A stretch of DNA of 64,000 bases from an uncultured delta proteobacterium (GCA_963737265.1 CAVTRY010000019.1:1-64000), one strand, 5' to 3'. Positions 48,075 through 59,242 are shown, counted from the first letter of the stretch. Notes: generated from the letters alone by a model not told the origin. Made by a program: numbers and translations.

Positions 48075-49047
48075 GGGCTACCTCCTCGGCCGGGCTGGTG
48101 GGCTGGGGTTCGGTACGCGGCCGCGTGGATGCGACCATGAGGATGGCTGTTTCGAGCGCGCCGCGCGCCTGTTCGGGCGACGGCGCGACCTTGGCGAATT
48201 TCACCAGGTCGCAGGCCGATAGCCAGCCTGCAATTTCGCCCTCGACTACACCGTTCGTGGCTTGGATGGGTGCATGGCGCATGGCCTCGACCAGTTCCTC
48301 GGTTGTCATCTCCAGCGAATCGAAGCCGAAACGAGCGCCCAGGTATTCGCGGATGGCCTCGGAAAGCTCGAAATAGAACGGACGCAAGTCGCCGCCGGTT
48401 GCCAAGACGGTGCCCAGGCGGTCGAGTTTTTCCATGGCGACTTCGTGGGCGGGCCGTCGGGGCACGACGGGCACGACTTTGGGGCGCGCGCGCAGGCGAC
48501 GGCGCACGAGCAACGCAATCATGGCACCCAGCCCAGCGGCCAAAAAGCCGCCGGCGATATAGACAAAGAGGTAGTCGCGCTGCCTCACCGGCAAGGAGTC
48601 GGCGTTGTCCTTGAGCTTGGGCTCGGGTTCGTTGGCGATGAGGCTGGTGATCGTGATGGGCACGGGCTGCGTGCGCAGACTTTTGACGTTGCCGTCTTGG
48701 CCGAAATAGGTCAGCTCGACCGAGGGAATTTCGACCGTTCCGGGCTCGTAGGTCGCGACCGATAGGCTGAACTCGCGGCGCATTTTTCCGTCGCCGAGAT
48801 CCTTTTCTTCCAGCGCGCGCGCAAGCTCGGAGAACGGACCGAGCTCGAGGTTCACCGGCAGAACCACCGGCATGGTGCGTGCGCCGATGGAGGTGATGGT
48901 GAAGGCGATCGCATCCCCAACATGCGCTTGCGTTTTGTTCACCCGCACGGCCACGGTGGGCGCGTCGGCGGGCGTCGCCTGGGTCGGCTGCGATCCCGCG
49001 TCCATCGGGGCGGCGGCTAGCAGGGCGAGCAGGAAGGTCGAGCTCAA
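48067..49047 (-). CDS. Bat-operon membrane-anchored hypothetical protein
   Basis: Signal, Ig-like region, TM, YFELSEAIREYL..EMTTEEL..DLVKFAK. Confidence 0.8.
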   Translation of the reverse strand: MSSTFLLALLAAAPMDAGSQPTQATPADAPTVAVRVNKTQAHVGDAIAFTITSIGARTMPVVLPVNLELGPFSELARALEEKDLGDGKMRREFSLSVATYEPGTVEIPSVELTYFGQDGNVKSLRTQPVPITITSLIANEPEPKLKDNADSLPVRQRDYLFVYIAGGFLAAGLGAMIALLVRRRLRARPKVVPVVPRRPAHEVAMEKLDRLGTVLATGGDLRPFYFELSEAIREYLGARFGFDSLEMTTEELVEAMRHAPIQATNGVVEGEIAGWLSACDLVKFAKVAPSPEQARGALETAILMVASTRPRTEPQPTSPAEEVARV

Positions 49048-49928
49048 TGGCGAAGCCTCCGCGCCCGTGCCTCGAAGAAACTGGTGAGCGCCGGTAGGTA
49101 GGGCCGGTCGGTGGACACGGCGATGGCGTCCAGGGCAAGGCGGCGAAACAGGGCCTCGCGCGCCGCGCGCTGCCGTTTGTTTTGGGCGGCAAAGGTGCGC
49201 ACCTCGGGTCCGGAGGAATCGAAGACCACGAAGTCGCCGGTTTCTGGATCGAGCAGGTCGAGCAAACCCACGGCGGGAAGCTGTTCTTCGAGAGGATCGG
49301 AGACCACCACCGGCACCACGTCGTGGCGGCGCGAGGCGATGCGCAGCGCACGTTCGTAGCTCGTCTGCGGCGAGAGAAAATCCGAAACCAGGAAGGCGAC
49401 CGAGCGGTGGTGCGCGATGTGACCGAGAAAATCGAGCCCGGTGGCAAGATTGGTGCGCGGCGAATTGGGTGAGAACGAGAGAATTTCGCTGATCACGCGC
49501 AGCACGTGCTTCTTGCCCTTTTTGGGAGGCACGAAGCGTTCCACGTCGTCGGTGAAGATGATGAGCCCCACGCGGTCGCTGTTCTTGATGGCGGAAAAGG
49601 CCAGCACCGCGGCCAGCTCGGCGGCCAGCTCGCGTTTTTCTTCGTTCGCCGAACCAAAACGGCCGGACGCCGACATGTCCACCAGCAAGAGCACGGTCAT
49701 CTCGCGCTCTTCGACGAACAGCTTTACGTAGGCTTCGTTCATGCGCGCCGACACATTCCAGTCGATGAGGCGAATATCGTCGCCGGGGATGTACTGGCGC
49801 ACCTCCGAAAACGCGATGCCCGCGCCCTTGAACACGGAATGGTACTGTCCCGCCATCCGGTCGCGCACCAGGCGCTGGGTGACGATTTCGATCTTCCTGA
49901 TCTTCCTAAGTAGTTCTCGGGTCAGCAT
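49044..49928 (-). CDS. DUF58 domain protein
   Basis: FSEVRQYIPGDDIRLIDWNVSAR, EERE, DMSAS, SDF. Confidence 0.92.
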   Translation of the reverse strand: MLTRELLRKIRKIEIVTQRLVRDRMAGQYHSVFKGAGIAFSEVRQYIPGDDIRLIDWNVSARMNEAYVKLFVEEREMTVLLLVDMSASGRFGSANEEKRELAAELAAVLAFSAIKNSDRVGLIIFTDDVERFVPPKKGKKHVLRVISEILSFSPNSPRTNLATGLDFLGHIAHHRSVAFLVSDFLSPQTSYERALRIASRRHDVVPVVVSDPLEEQLPAVGLLDLLDPETGDFVVFDSSGPEVRTFAAQNKRQRAAREALFRRLALDAIAVSTDRPYLPALTSFFEARARRLRH

Positions 49929-49959
49929 CTCATTTCTCGGGCTGGAACCTGGCTATTGG

Positions 49960-50943
49960 TTACGGTACTTCCACATGGTCGAACAGCTTGCGCACCACCT
50001 GCTCGGACGTCATCTCCTCGGCCTCGGCTTCGTAGGTCAGAATCACGCGGTGGCGAAGCACGTCGATGCCGATGGCCTTGATGTCCTCGGGCGTGACGTA
50101 GCCGCGCCGGCGCAGGAAGGCGTGCGCTCGCGCCGCCATGTTCAGATAAATCGACGCGCGCGGGCTGGCGCCGTATTCGATGAAGTCCGCCATGTCCGCC
50201 AGACCGTAGGCCTTGGGATCGCGCGTGGCCTGCACCAAATTGATGATGTAGTCGCGGATCTTTTCGTCGATGTAGATCTGGTTGATGACCGAGCGGGCGT
50301 GCAGGATTTGCTCGGGCGTCGCCACCGGGTTGGCCTTCACCGAAAGACCGGTGGTCATGCGGTCCATGATGGTGCGCTCGTCTTCCTTGCTGGGATAGCC
50401 GACCTTCACCATCAACATGAAACGATCGAGCTGGGCCTCGGGCAGGGCGTAGGTGCCTTCCTGTTCGATGGGGTTCTGCGTCGCCATGACCAAGAACGGA
50501 TCGGGCAGCGCGTGTGTGGTGTCGCCGATGGTCACCTGCCGCTCTTGCATAGCTTCGAGCAGGGCCGACTGGACCTTGGCCGGGGCGCGGTTGATTTCGT
50601 CGGCCAGCACCAGATTGGCGAAGATGGGCCCTTTCTTGGGGACGAATTCACTGCGGCTTTGGTTGTAGATGACGGTGCCGACGATGTCCGCTGGCAGAAG
50701 GTCGGGCGTGAACTGCACGCGCGAAAAACGCATGGACATGGCGTCGGCCAGGGTCTTCACGGTCAGCGTCTTGGCCAGCCCAGGCACGCCTTCGAGCAAC
50801 ACGTGGCCGCCCGTCAGCAGGCCGATGAGGATGCGATCGACCATGGCCTTCTGGCCCACGATGACCTTGCCCACCTCGGCGGTGAGGTTGTCGACGAAGG
50901 CCGACTGCTGCTGAACCATTTCATTGATAACGCGAACGTCCAT
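49960..50943 (-). CDS. moxR: MoxR-family AAA+ ATPase
   Basis: EGVPGLAKT, QFTPDLLPADI, DEINRAPAKVQSALLEAM, ATQNPIEQEGTY. Confidence 0.95.
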   Translation of the reverse strand: MDVRVINEMVQQQSAFVDNLTAEVGKVIVGQKAMVDRILIGLLTGGHVLLEGVPGLAKTLTVKTLADAMSMRFSRVQFTPDLLPADIVGTVIYNQSRSEFVPKKGPIFANLVLADEINRAPAKVQSALLEAMQERQVTIGDTTHALPDPFLVMATQNPIEQEGTYALPEAQLDRFMLMVKVGYPSKEDERTIMDRMTTGLSVKANPVATPEQILHARSVINQIYIDEKIRDYIINLVQATRDPKAYGLADMADFIEYGASPRASIYLNMAARAHAFLRRRGYVTPEDIKAIGIDVLRHRVILTYEAEAEEMTSEQVVRKLFDHVEVP

Positions 50944-51090
50944 GTGCGATCTCCTGTGCGGCGTAGGTAACGACAATCCGAGCGACCTTACAACCCCAAC
51001 TTCGGCCGCTGTATTCCCGGCGGTGTGCGCAAACCGCAGGGTTGACGTTTGGACGGGCATTCCCGGGTGCCTCGCACTATCTTTGCGTCC

Positions 51091-51690
51091 ATGCGCCTGC
51101 TTTTCGTCGTCGCGCTGACTGCCTGTCTTGCGATGTTGTCGAGCTGTTCGGGCGATTCGAACGGGGCGCTGTCGCTTGGAAGAGGTGCCGACGCCGGCGC
51201 GGCCGAGCCCGGGTCTCGCCAGATATTTCCCGACCTCACGTTCCCGGGCGTGCTTTCCGCCGCAACTGCGAGCACACAAGCGGTCGTTTCCACGTCCGAC
51301 TACTCCGACCCGCAGGGCTTGCGCTACAACTTACTGCACGTGATCGCCATCTTCATGTGGTGCCCGCATTGCAACAACGAGACGTACAACCTCGCGACCA
51401 TCGCCGGCTGGCAGGCGAGCCAGCGCGTCGCCGTGATCCAGATCGCCATGCAGGGATATGACAGCGCAGCGCCAACCTGGTCTGACGTGCAGAAATGGGC
51501 GCCCGACCATGATGTCGCTTTTCCCGTGCTGATGGACGGGCAGGGTGCGCAGTTGGGCAAGTATTTTCCCGTCAGCGCCGTTCCGGTGAATATCGTCGTC
51601 AACCCGCGCACGATGGAAGTCCTGGCCGTGGACGTCGGAGAAGTGGACGACAATCAGGCCTACGAGCAGGGCTTTCTGAGCGGCCTCTAG
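51091..51690 (+). CDS. Redoxin/thioredoxin-fold lipoprotein
   Basis: Lipobox LSSC; WCPHC; FPVLMD; VPVNIVV. Confidence 0.8.
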   Translation: MRLLFVVALTACLAMLSSCSGDSNGALSLGRGADAGAAEPGSRQIFPDLTFPGVLSAATASTQAVVSTSDYSDPQGLRYNLLHVIAIFMWCPHCNNETYNLATIAGWQASQRVAVIQIAMQGYDSAAPTWSDVQKWAPDHDVAFPVLMDGQGAQLGKYFPVSAVPVNIVVNPRTMEVLAVDVGEVDDNQAYEQGFLSGL

Positions 51691-51828
51691 CGCCCGCATC
51701 TCTCGGATTCCAATGACGCCCAGAGCTAGCCACCTCTTCTTGTGAAAGCGCCCGGCTTGCGCATATAAACGTTCCCATCACGAGTCCAGAGGTTGTTTGA
51801 ACGTGAGAAGACCAAACGAGAGGGTGAC

Positions 51829-52713
51829 ATGAACGCAAGGAATTTTTCGAAGGTTCGAGTCTGTTTGACCATGACGGCACTGGCGCTATGTGGTGCCCTG
51901 GCACTGACCGCCTCCTGCGCCGGCAATGGCGGCGGCACCGGCGGCGCCACAGGTAGCAACGGCGGCGCAACCGGCACGAGCAACGGTGGTTCCACCGCGA
52001 CGAGCAGCGGTGGCAGCACCGGCGCCGCTGGTGCGGGCGCTGCCACTTGCACCGCAGGCGCGGACAGCGTGTGCCTCTCCTCGGGCCAGGCCTCGGGTTT
52101 GATGACAGGCTACGGCTGGATTGCGATGGGTCAGTTCGACAGCGCGAGCGAACCGGTGTGCGACAGCACCGGCGCAACCCCGCCCGGCACAGCCTCTGAT
52201 CCGATCACCAAGGCCACGCCCTGTCCATCGGTTGGCGGGAAGACGGTGTGGCAAACCCCTACCCAAGGACTCTGCATCACGGGCAGCGTTCCCATGGTCG
52301 GCACCACGGTCGGTGTCACGGGCCCCGACTACACTGGCTACTGGGGCCTTGAGATCGGTGCGAACTCCGACACGGCCGCTGGAACGATCGACATCTCGGG
52401 CTACTCCAGCGTCTCGTTTAGCTACAATGACTCAGCTATCAGCCCCGCCCCCACGGGCTTGCTCCGCGGCGAGATTCACGTCAAGGGCCATGTGCCCACC
52501 GACGAGAGCTACTGCGCCGTTCTTTCGGGCTCTGGCAAGCTCGCCTTGCTCACCTCGTTCAATACGCAGTGCTGGGCAGGCGGCGCCGGCATCGCCCTCA
52601 CCGCTGCTGACATGCAGAATGTCGACCAGATGGGCCTGCAGATCGCGTCGGACGTCGTCAATACCTACACCGTTTCCAACTTCTGCTGGAGTGGGGTTAC
52701 CTTTTCCAAATAG
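51829..52713 (+). CDS. Lipoprotein with Gly/Ser/Thr linker and Cys-containing beta domain
   Basis: Lipobox TASC; GGATG/SNGG repeats; C-terminal domain unassigned. Confidence 0.75.
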   Translation: MNARNFSKVRVCLTMTALALCGALALTASCAGNGGGTGGATGSNGGATGTSNGGSTATSSGGSTGAAGAGAATCTAGADSVCLSSGQASGLMTGYGWIAMGQFDSASEPVCDSTGATPPGTASDPITKATPCPSVGGKTVWQTPTQGLCITGSVPMVGTTVGVTGPDYTGYWGLEIGANSDTAAGTIDISGYSSVSFSYNDSAISPAPTGLLRGEIHVKGHVPTDESYCAVLSGSGKLALLTSFNTQCWAGGAGIALTAADMQNVDQMGLQIASDVVNTYTVSNFCWSGVTFSK

Positions 52714-52735
52714 TCCGGTGTCTTCCTCCTAGCAA

Positions 52736-52766
52736 GAACGGGGCACCCAGGTGCCCCGTTTCGTTT
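52736..52766 (+). terminator. Rho-independent terminator candidate
   Basis: AACGGGGCAC-CCAG-GTGCCCCGTT then TCGTTT, downstream of the 52713 stop. Confidence 0.65.
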
Positions 52767-52985
52767 GGACAAGAGGACAGAGCTGGTCCGCATTTTTTTT
52801 GCTTAGTGACGCGGAAACCTGCGCCCTAACTACCGGCTGAAGCGTGCGAGGGAGATTCAGAAGAAGGGCGTGTCACGGGCAAGGCCGGGGACTTCTGGGA
52901 TTTCCCATCCACTTTCACTATGGTGTACTAACTCCTGTCCCGCAGCCCCTTGTCGGCCCTGCCATTCCTGCGCTTCGGAGGTTCT

Positions 52986-54015
52986 ATGCGCTCGTCTTTT
53001 CTCGCCTTCGCTCTTGTCGCCATTGCATCATCCTGTGTGGCCAAGAATCCGGACCCCACTCAAGGTACCGGCGGGGCGGCCAATGGTGGCACGGCCAGTC
53101 AGGGCGGAGCCACGGGCAGCAGCGGTGGCACGACCAGCAAGGGCGGAAACACTAGCAGCGGCGGCGCCACCAGCAACGGTGGAGCTACCTCGAAAGGGGG
53201 AACCACGGGCAACGGCGGCGCCACCAGCGCTGGCGGAAGCTCCCAGAGCCAGACTTCGGGCTCCTGCACGGATGTCTCGACTTCGCCTGTATCGAGCCAG
53301 GTCACCGGGCAGTATGGCGGCCTGCAGATCTCGGTCGACAACAATTCAGGCAAGACCTACATCATGCAGGCTAACTGGTGGGGCGCCCCCTTCGGCAACC
53401 AGACAGAGAGGGTGAGCGGCATAGGCTTCACGATGTCGAATCCAGCCCCCAATATTCAATCGAATGACCCCAGCCTTCCCTTGGGCTTCCCGTCCATTTT
53501 GATCGGGGCCTACCAAACCAAGAAGACAACTGGCAGCAACTTGCCCAAGCAGGTATCAGCCCTGACCAGCATCCCAACCATCTTCTCCACCAACGCTGAC
53601 CAAAAGGGCTCCGCAAGCTACGATGCGACCTACGACGTGTGGTTCACTCAGTTCGAGCTCCCTGGTCACGGGTTCCGACCCGGGCTCCGGAGGCGCGTAC
53701 CTGATGGTGTGGCTCTTCATGCCAACCGACAAGTTCCCTCGCGGCACCAAGAGGGCCACTGGTAGCATCGTCACCGGAGTGCCAGGGGGCTGGGACGTCT
53801 GGTACGACACTACCAATCCGCCCTGCGTCTCGTACGTGGCCAGCTCCAAGGTCGCCTCGCTCGAGTTCGACCTCAACAACTTCATCAAGGATGCCGTAGC
53901 CAACAACTACGGTGTCACGAACGGCCAATACCTCAGCATCATCTTCGCCGGCTTCGAGGTGTGGAGCGGCGGCGATGGGCTCCAGGTCAAGAAGTTCTGC
54001 GCCAACGTCCAGTAG
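52986..54015 (+). pseudogene. GH12-like glycoside hydrolase lipoprotein, frameshift near 53651
   Basis: QANWWG, FPSI, SNLPKQVS, YDATYDVWF; continues in another frame with YLMVWL, FDLNNFI, IFAGFEVWSGG. Confidence 0.75.
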
Positions 54016-54223
54016 TCGGTGGATCGGCCGCTTCTGCTTGAAGCGGGCCTGGCAGCACCCCAGGCAGCACCCCGGCGGGCGTGCAACTACATGATGCAGT
54101 TAGCAACCTGTGCCTGACTGGCATCACCTTCGGCCGCTAGTCGACACCTCACTCCATCGAAATGGGACACTTGGGTGCCCCCTTTCTTTCGCTCAGGGTC
54201 TGGTTCCGCGACTCGCTCGCCAG

Positions 54224-54276
54224 TTGACATTTTCCGCCGACAGAGCAAAATTGCCTCTCAAGAGGAGCAATCTTGC
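54224..54276 (+). promoter_or_regulatory. Candidate promoter and operator of the TA operon
   Basis: TTGACA-N16-CAAAAT overlapping the imperfect palindrome GCAAAATTGCCTCT-CA-AGAGGAGCAATCTTGC. Confidence 0.5.
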
Positions 54277-54277
54277 C

Positions 54278-54676
54278 ATGACCGTTTTTCAGCTCGCCGA
54301 ACAGCCGCCCGCGGCGCAGATTGCCGCCATTGAAAAGGGACTTCCCGGAGCCGCACTGCGCCAGATGGTCGATGGACTCGGGATCTCGCGCAAGGTATTG
54401 CTCGGCGCGCTCGGCCTGGCTCCGCGCACGATGGCCCACCGAATGGGCAAGAACCAGGCTTTTTCGCAGACGGAATCCGAGCGGCTGATGCGGGTCATGC
54501 GCGCGCGCAAGCTTGCGCACGAGGTATTCTCGACGGAAGAAGCCGTGGCACAGTGGCTGACCACGCCAGACGTCGCGCTGGGCAAGCGGACGCCGCTGGC
54601 CATGCTGGCCACCGACGTGGGCACGGCCGAGGTGCACAACCTATTGCAGGCGATGATCCACGGCGTTCCGCTGTGA
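54278..54676 (+). CDS. Xre/MbcA/ParS-type antitoxin
   Basis: IEKGLP, ESERLMRV, EVFSTEEAVAQWLTTP..ALGKRTPL. Confidence 0.88.
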   Translation: MTVFQLAEQPPAAQIAAIEKGLPGAALRQMVDGLGISRKVLLGALGLAPRTMAHRMGKNQAFSQTESERLMRVMRARKLAHEVFSTEEAVAQWLTTPDVALGKRTPLAMLATDVGTAEVHNLLQAMIHGVPL

Positions 54677-55161
54677 GAGCCTTCCGCATCGCCTTACGGA
54701 AATACGGCGCAACCGCCAGGGCGGCATTTAGCGGGGCCAGCGGCTACGCCACAGATGGGCGCTGGCATTCGCACGGGCGCTATCTCGACTACGCGGCCGA
54801 GAGTCAGTCGTTGGCCGTGCTCGAACGCCTCGTGCACTACAAACGCTTCGATGCCCTGCAGCCGCACCTCCTCTATGTCATCGACATCCCCGAGCCCGCG
54901 ATTCAGGAATGCAAGGAGGTTCCGAGGGGCTGGGATGAGGCGAACCTTTCGCCATCCAGCCAGAAGATCGGCAACCGCTGGTGCGACGAACGCCTGTCCC
55001 CCGCGCTCATGGTTCCGAGCGCGGTCACGCCCGGCGAATTCAACCTGCTGCTGAATTCAAGGCATCCCGGCTGGAAATGGGCATGGATCACCCGGCGCGC
55101 TCCCTTCACGTTCGACGCGCGCCTGCGGGATCTCGTGGAAGCTGCGAGCAAGAGGCGCTAG
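54673..55161 (+). CDS. RES-domain toxin (ParT/MbcT-like)
   Basis: FRI, FSG, GRWH, YAAESQSLAVLE, LMVPSAV, EFNLLLN, FDARL; GTGA overlap. Confidence 0.9.
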   Translation: MRAFRIALRKYGATARAAFSGASGYATDGRWHSHGRYLDYAAESQSLAVLERLVHYKRFDALQPHLLYVIDIPEPAIQECKEVPRGWDEANLSPSSQKIGNRWCDERLSPALMVPSAVTPGEFNLLLNSRHPGWKWAWITRRAPFTFDARLRDLVEAASKRR

Positions 55162-55194
55162 CGGCTTCCACGGCTTACGGGCTAACTTCTCGGG

Positions 55195-55440
55195 CTAACT
55201 TTTCGGCCCCTGGGGTTCAACCTGGGGCGGAGGCTCGGGCGCGGGCGGCGTTTCGTCGGCGACAGGCTGCGGCCCGGGAACGATCCCAGCGAGGTCAGGA
55301 TCCTCGTCGGGATCGAGCGGGTTTGATCCAGGGCGCTCCGATTGCCGCTGTTGGCGGCGCTCGGCCTTTTCCTTCTGCCACTTCTGCCGAAGAATCTCCT
55401 TCTTGCGCTTCTCGGCAGCGTTTTTCGTGCCTGGTCTCAC
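55195..55440 (-). CDS. Small basic/Pro-rich hypothetical protein
   Basis: KRKKEILRQKWQKEKAERR...EDPDLAGIVPGPQP; starts 7 bp after the RRM gene stop. Confidence 0.65.
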   Translation of the reverse strand: MRPGTKNAAEKRKKEILRQKWQKEKAERRQQRQSERPGSNPLDPDEDPDLAGIVPGPQPVADETPPAPEPPPQVEPQGPKS

Positions 55441-55447
55441 GCCTTAT

Positions 55448-55852
55448 CTACCAACGTTGCTTTCGACCGCCGCCGAATCCACCGCGATCGCCGCCGCCAC
55501 CACCGCCGCCACCACCGCCGAATCCGCGGCCACCGCCACCACCGCCGCCGCCACCGAATCCGCGGCCGCCACCACCGCCGCCGCCACCGCCACCGCCACC
55601 CGTGCGCTCGCGCGCCTCGCTGACCGCGATGGAACGTCCCTGCAAATCCTTGCCGTTGAGATTCTCGATGGCGTATTGCGCACCGGCATCGGTCGCCATT
55701 TCGACGAAGGCGAAGCCGCGCGGCCGCCCGGTGTCGCGATCGAGCACCAGTTTCACCTCGGATACGTCATGGCCGGTCGCCGCGAACGCATCGCGCAGAT
55801 CAGCCTCGGTCGCCGAATACGACAAATTGCCAACATAGAGTCTCCTGCCCAT
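55448..55852 (-). CDS. RRM RNA-binding protein with Gly-rich tail
   Basis: RNP2 LYVGNL, RNP1 RGFAFVEM, (G)nRGF repeats. Confidence 0.93.
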   Translation of the reverse strand: MGRRLYVGNLSYSATEADLRDAFAATGHDVSEVKLVLDRDTGRPRGFAFVEMATDAGAQYAIENLNGKDLQGRSIAVSEARERTGGGGGGGGGGGGRGFGGGGGGGGGRGFGGGGGGGGGGDRGGFGGGRKQRW

Positions 55853-56084
55853 CGTGATCTCCTTCTTCTGCCGGTTTTCTTCTTTTCCGTCGACTACCCA
55901 GCAGCGGCCTTGTTCGAGCCTCAGGCGGGAGACGAGAGAACTGTCTATCGCAGCAGGTGCCGTCGAGCCGGCCCTGATGAGATTTTCCCCAAAGAATGAT
56001 TCGGCCTGGCGTGAAAGTCCAGTTCATTTACCGGGCCGCGCAAGATTGGACATCCGGCCGCCGCGCTAATAGGTTGAGGGAACC

Positions 56085-57806
56085 ATGACGGAAGAAGAGC
56101 AGGCCGGGAAGCAAGCCGGCAAGCAAGCCGGGACGGAAGCCCAAGCAGCGGGGCGCGCCGCCGGGAATTTCATCGAGGAAATCATCAACGAGGATCTGGC
56201 TCAAGGCAAAAACGACGGCCGGGTTCATACGCGCTTCCCGCCCGAGCCCAACGGATACCTGCACATCGGCCACGCCAAGTCGATCTGCCTGAACTTCGGC
56301 ACCGCGGCCAAGTACGGCGGCAAGTGCAACCTGCGCTTTGACGACACCAACCCCAGCACCGAGGACGTCGAATATGTCGACTCCATCGCCGAAGACGTCC
56401 GCTGGCTGGGCTTTCGGTGGAACGGCGAGGCGCTGTACGCATCGGACTACTTCGAAAAGATCCACGACTGCGCCGTGCACCTGATTCGCGAAGGCAAGGC
56501 CTACGTCTGCGATCTGACGGCCGAGCAGACGAGTGAATACCGCGGCAACTTTTACAAGCCGGGCAAGGACAGTCCGTACCGTAGTCGTGGGGTGGAAGAA
56601 AATCTGGATCTGTTTCGCCGCATGCGCGCCGGCGAGTTCGCCGACGGCGCACGCGTCCTGCGCGCCAAAATAGACATGCAGCACCCCAACCTCAACATGC
56701 GCGACCCGCCCATCTACCGCATCAAGAAGGCGCGCCACCACCGCACCGGCGATGCCTGGTGCATCTACCCGATGTACGACTACGCCCATCCTATTTCCGA
56801 CGCCGTCGAAGGGATCACGCACTCGATTTGCACGCTCGAATTCGAAGATCACCGGCCGCTCTACGACTGGTGCATCGCCAATCTGCCGCTGCCGTATCAG
56901 CCGCGGCAGATCGAATTCGCACGCCTCAATCTGACCTACACCATGATGAGCAAGCGCCGGCTGCTTCAGCTGGTGAACGAGAAGTTGGTCGGCGGCTGGA
57001 ACGATCCGCGCATGCCGACGCTTTCGGGCTTGCGCCGGCGCGGCTACACCCCCGAGGCCATTCGCGCCTTCGCCGAACGCATCGGCGTGGCCAAGAACGA
57101 CAGCACCGTCGATGTCGGAGTGTTGGAGCTCGCGATTCGCGAGGATCTGGAAAAACGGGCGACGCGCGTTCTCGCGGTCTTGCGGCCCCTCAAGGTCGTG
57201 ATCGACAACTATCCCGAGGGTCAGGTCGACTGGTTCGAAGCGCCCAATCACCCCGACGATTCGGCCCAGGGGACGCGCAAGATTCCCTTCTCGAAAGTCG
57301 TCTACATCGAACAGGACGACTTCATGGAAATTCCGCCGAAGAAGTGGTTTCGCCTGTCGCCCGGCGCCGAGATCCGCCTGCGCTATGCCTGCCTTATCCG
57401 CTGCACCGACGTGGTGAAGAACGACAAAGGCGAGGTCGTCGAGCTGCACTGCACCTGGGATCCCGCCTCGCGCGGGGGCGACGCGCCCGACGGCCGCCGG
57501 GTCAAGGGAACGTCGCACTGGGTGTCGGCGGCGCACGCCGTGAAGGCCACCGTGCGCCTCTACGACCGGCTTTTCACCACCGAGAGTCCTGCGGCCGGCG
57601 ACGCCCTCAATCCCGCGTCGCTGGAAACGTTAGGCGGCGCGTGCATCGAGCCGTCGCTGGCGGACGCCGCTCCAGGCTCGCGCTTTCAGTTCGAGCGCCT
57701 CGGCTATTTCTGCGTCGACACCGTCGATTCCAAGCCGGGCGCGCCGGTGTTCAACCGCACGGTTCCGCTCCGGGACGGCTGGAGCAAGATCGCCAAGACG
57801 GGCTAG
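56085..57806 (+). CDS. glnS: Glutamine--tRNA ligase
   Basis: [32 protein letters not shown]. Confidence 0.96.
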   Translation: MTEEEQAGKQAGKQAGTEAQAAGRAAGNFIEEIINEDLAQGKNDGRVHTRFPPEPNGYLHIGHAKSICLNFGTAAKYGGKCNLRFDDTNPSTEDVEYVDSIAEDVRWLGFRWNGEALYASDYFEKIHDCAVHLIREGKAYVCDLTAEQTSEYRGNFYKPGKDSPYRSRGVEENLDLFRRMRAGEFADGARVLRAKIDMQHPNLNMRDPPIYRIKKARHHRTGDAWCIYPMYDYAHPISDAVEGITHSICTLEFEDHRPLYDWCIANLPLPYQPRQIEFARLNLTYTMMSKRRLLQLVNEKLVGGWNDPRMPTLSGLRRRGYTPEAIRAFAERIGVAKNDSTVDVGVLELAIREDLEKRATRVLAVLRPLKVVIDNYPEGQVDWFEAPNHPDDSAQGTRKIPFSKVVYIEQDDFMEIPPKKWFRLSPGAEIRLRYACLIRCTDVVKNDKGEVVELHCTWDPASRGGDAPDGRRVKGTSHWVSAAHAVKATVRLYDRLFTTESPAAGDALNPASLETLGGACIEPSLADAAPGSRFQFERLGYFCVDTVDSKPGAPVFNRTVPLRDGWSKIAKTG

Positions 57807-57808
57807 CA

Positions 57809-59242
57809 TCATCCCGCGAAATGAATCGATCGGCCGTCGGCGGCCAAGGACGCTTCGTGCGTGGTCTCGGACAGCGAGGGATGGGCGTGGACCGTGCGCT
57901 GCACGTCCTCGGCGCTGGCGCCAAATTCCATGGCGAGTACCGCTTCCGCGATCATCTCGGACGCCATGGGCGCCATGATGTGGACGCCAAGGATCCTGTC
58001 GCTGCGCTTGTCGACCAGAACTTTGGTGAGACCGGTGATTTGGCCCATGGCGCGCGCGCGGCCGTTGGCCGACAATGGAAATACGCCGATCTTGTACTCG
58101 CGGGCCGCGGCGCGAAGTTGGCGCTCGGTCTTCCCGGCCCACGCGATTTCAGGCGACGTGTAGATGACCCATGGGATGACGTCGTAGTTCACGCGCGTCT
58201 TTTCGCCCGCGATGCGTTCGACCACCATGATGCCTTCTTCCGATCCCTTGTGCGCGAGCATGGGGCCGCGCACGACATCGCCCGCGGCGTAGATGTTGGG
58301 CAAATTCGTGCGGCAGAACTCGTCGACGTGGATGTAGCCGCGCTCGTCGAGCAGCAGACCCACCTCGTTGACGTTCAGGCCCTCGGTGTTGGGCTTGCGG
58401 CCCACGGCCACCACCAACTTGGAAAAATCGATGGTGTGCTTGCCGTCGCGATCTTCATAGGTGACTTGCACTTGCGTCTTGCCAGTCTTGGCCGACAGCA
58501 CGCGTGCGCCGAGGCGAATGTCGAGCCCCTGGCGCGACATCTCCTTGAAGGCGGTGTCGGCGATCTGTTCGTCGGCGCCGGGCAGGAAGGTGTCCATCGC
58601 TTCGAGCAGGACGACTTGGCTGCCCAGGCGGTGCCACACCGAACCCAATTCGAGGCCGATCACGCCGGCGCCAATCACGCCCAGCTTGTCTGGCACCGAC
58701 GCAAAGTCGAGAGCGCCTGCGGAATCCACCACGATCTTCCCGTCGGTGGGCACGGCGTCGAGATCGCGTGGGAGCGACCCCGTGGCGATGAGGATGTTCT
58801 TGGCTTCCAGGATTTCCGTCTGGCCGCCCGTCGTGGCGGACACCTCCACGCGCATGCCCGAAAGCAATCGTCCGGTACCCGCGAACGACACGACCTTGTT
58901 CTTGGCGAACAGCGTGGAGACGCCTGCGGCAAGTCCGCGCACGATCTTGTCTTTGCGGGCGATCATGGCCGGCACATCCATGCGCACATCGCCCGTGGTG
59001 ATGCCGTGGTCCTTTAGATCCTGCCGGCAGCGATGGAAATGCTCGGACGATTCGAGCAGGGCCTTGGACGGGATGCAGCCCACGTTGAGGCAGGTGCCGC
59101 CCAAGGAAGGTTTGTCTTCCTTGCCCACCCAGCGATCGATGCACGCCACGTGCATGCCTAGCTGCGCGCCACGGATGGCGGCGACGTAGCCTGCGGGCCC
59201 GGCACCAAGAACGACGAGGTCGAATGTTTCCGCCATGATCAA
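57809..59242 (-). CDS. lpdA: Dihydrolipoyl dehydrogenase (E3 of 2-oxoglutarate dehydrogenase)
   Basis: [28 protein letters not shown]; follows sucB. Confidence 0.95.
   Translation of the reverse strand: MIMAETFDLVVLGAGPAGYVAAIRGAQLGMHVACIDRWVGKEDKPSLGGTCLNVGCIPSKALLESSEHFHRCRQDLKDHGITTGDVRMDVPAMIARKDKIVRGLAAGVSTLFAKNKVVSFAGTGRLLSGMRVEVSATTGGQTEILEAKNILIATGSLPRDLDAVPTDGKIVVDSAGALDFASVPDKLGVIGAGVIGLELGSVWHRLGSQVVLLEAMDTFLPGADEQIADTAFKEMSRQGLDIRLGARVLSAKTGKTQVQVTYEDRDGKHTIDFSKLVVAVGRKPNTEGLNVNEVGLLLDERGYIHVDEFCRTNLPNIYAAGDVVRGPMLAHKGSEEGIMVVERIAGEKTRVNYDVIPWVIYTSPEIAWAGKTERQLRAAAREYKIGVFPLSANGRARAMGQITGLTKVLVDKRSDRILGVHIMAPMASEMIAEAVLAMEFGASAEDVQRTVHAHPSLSETTHEASLAADGRSIHFAG

Noticed and set aside
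55480-55600. CCGCCGCCA repeats
   Set aside because: They encode the Gly-rich tail of the RRM protein.
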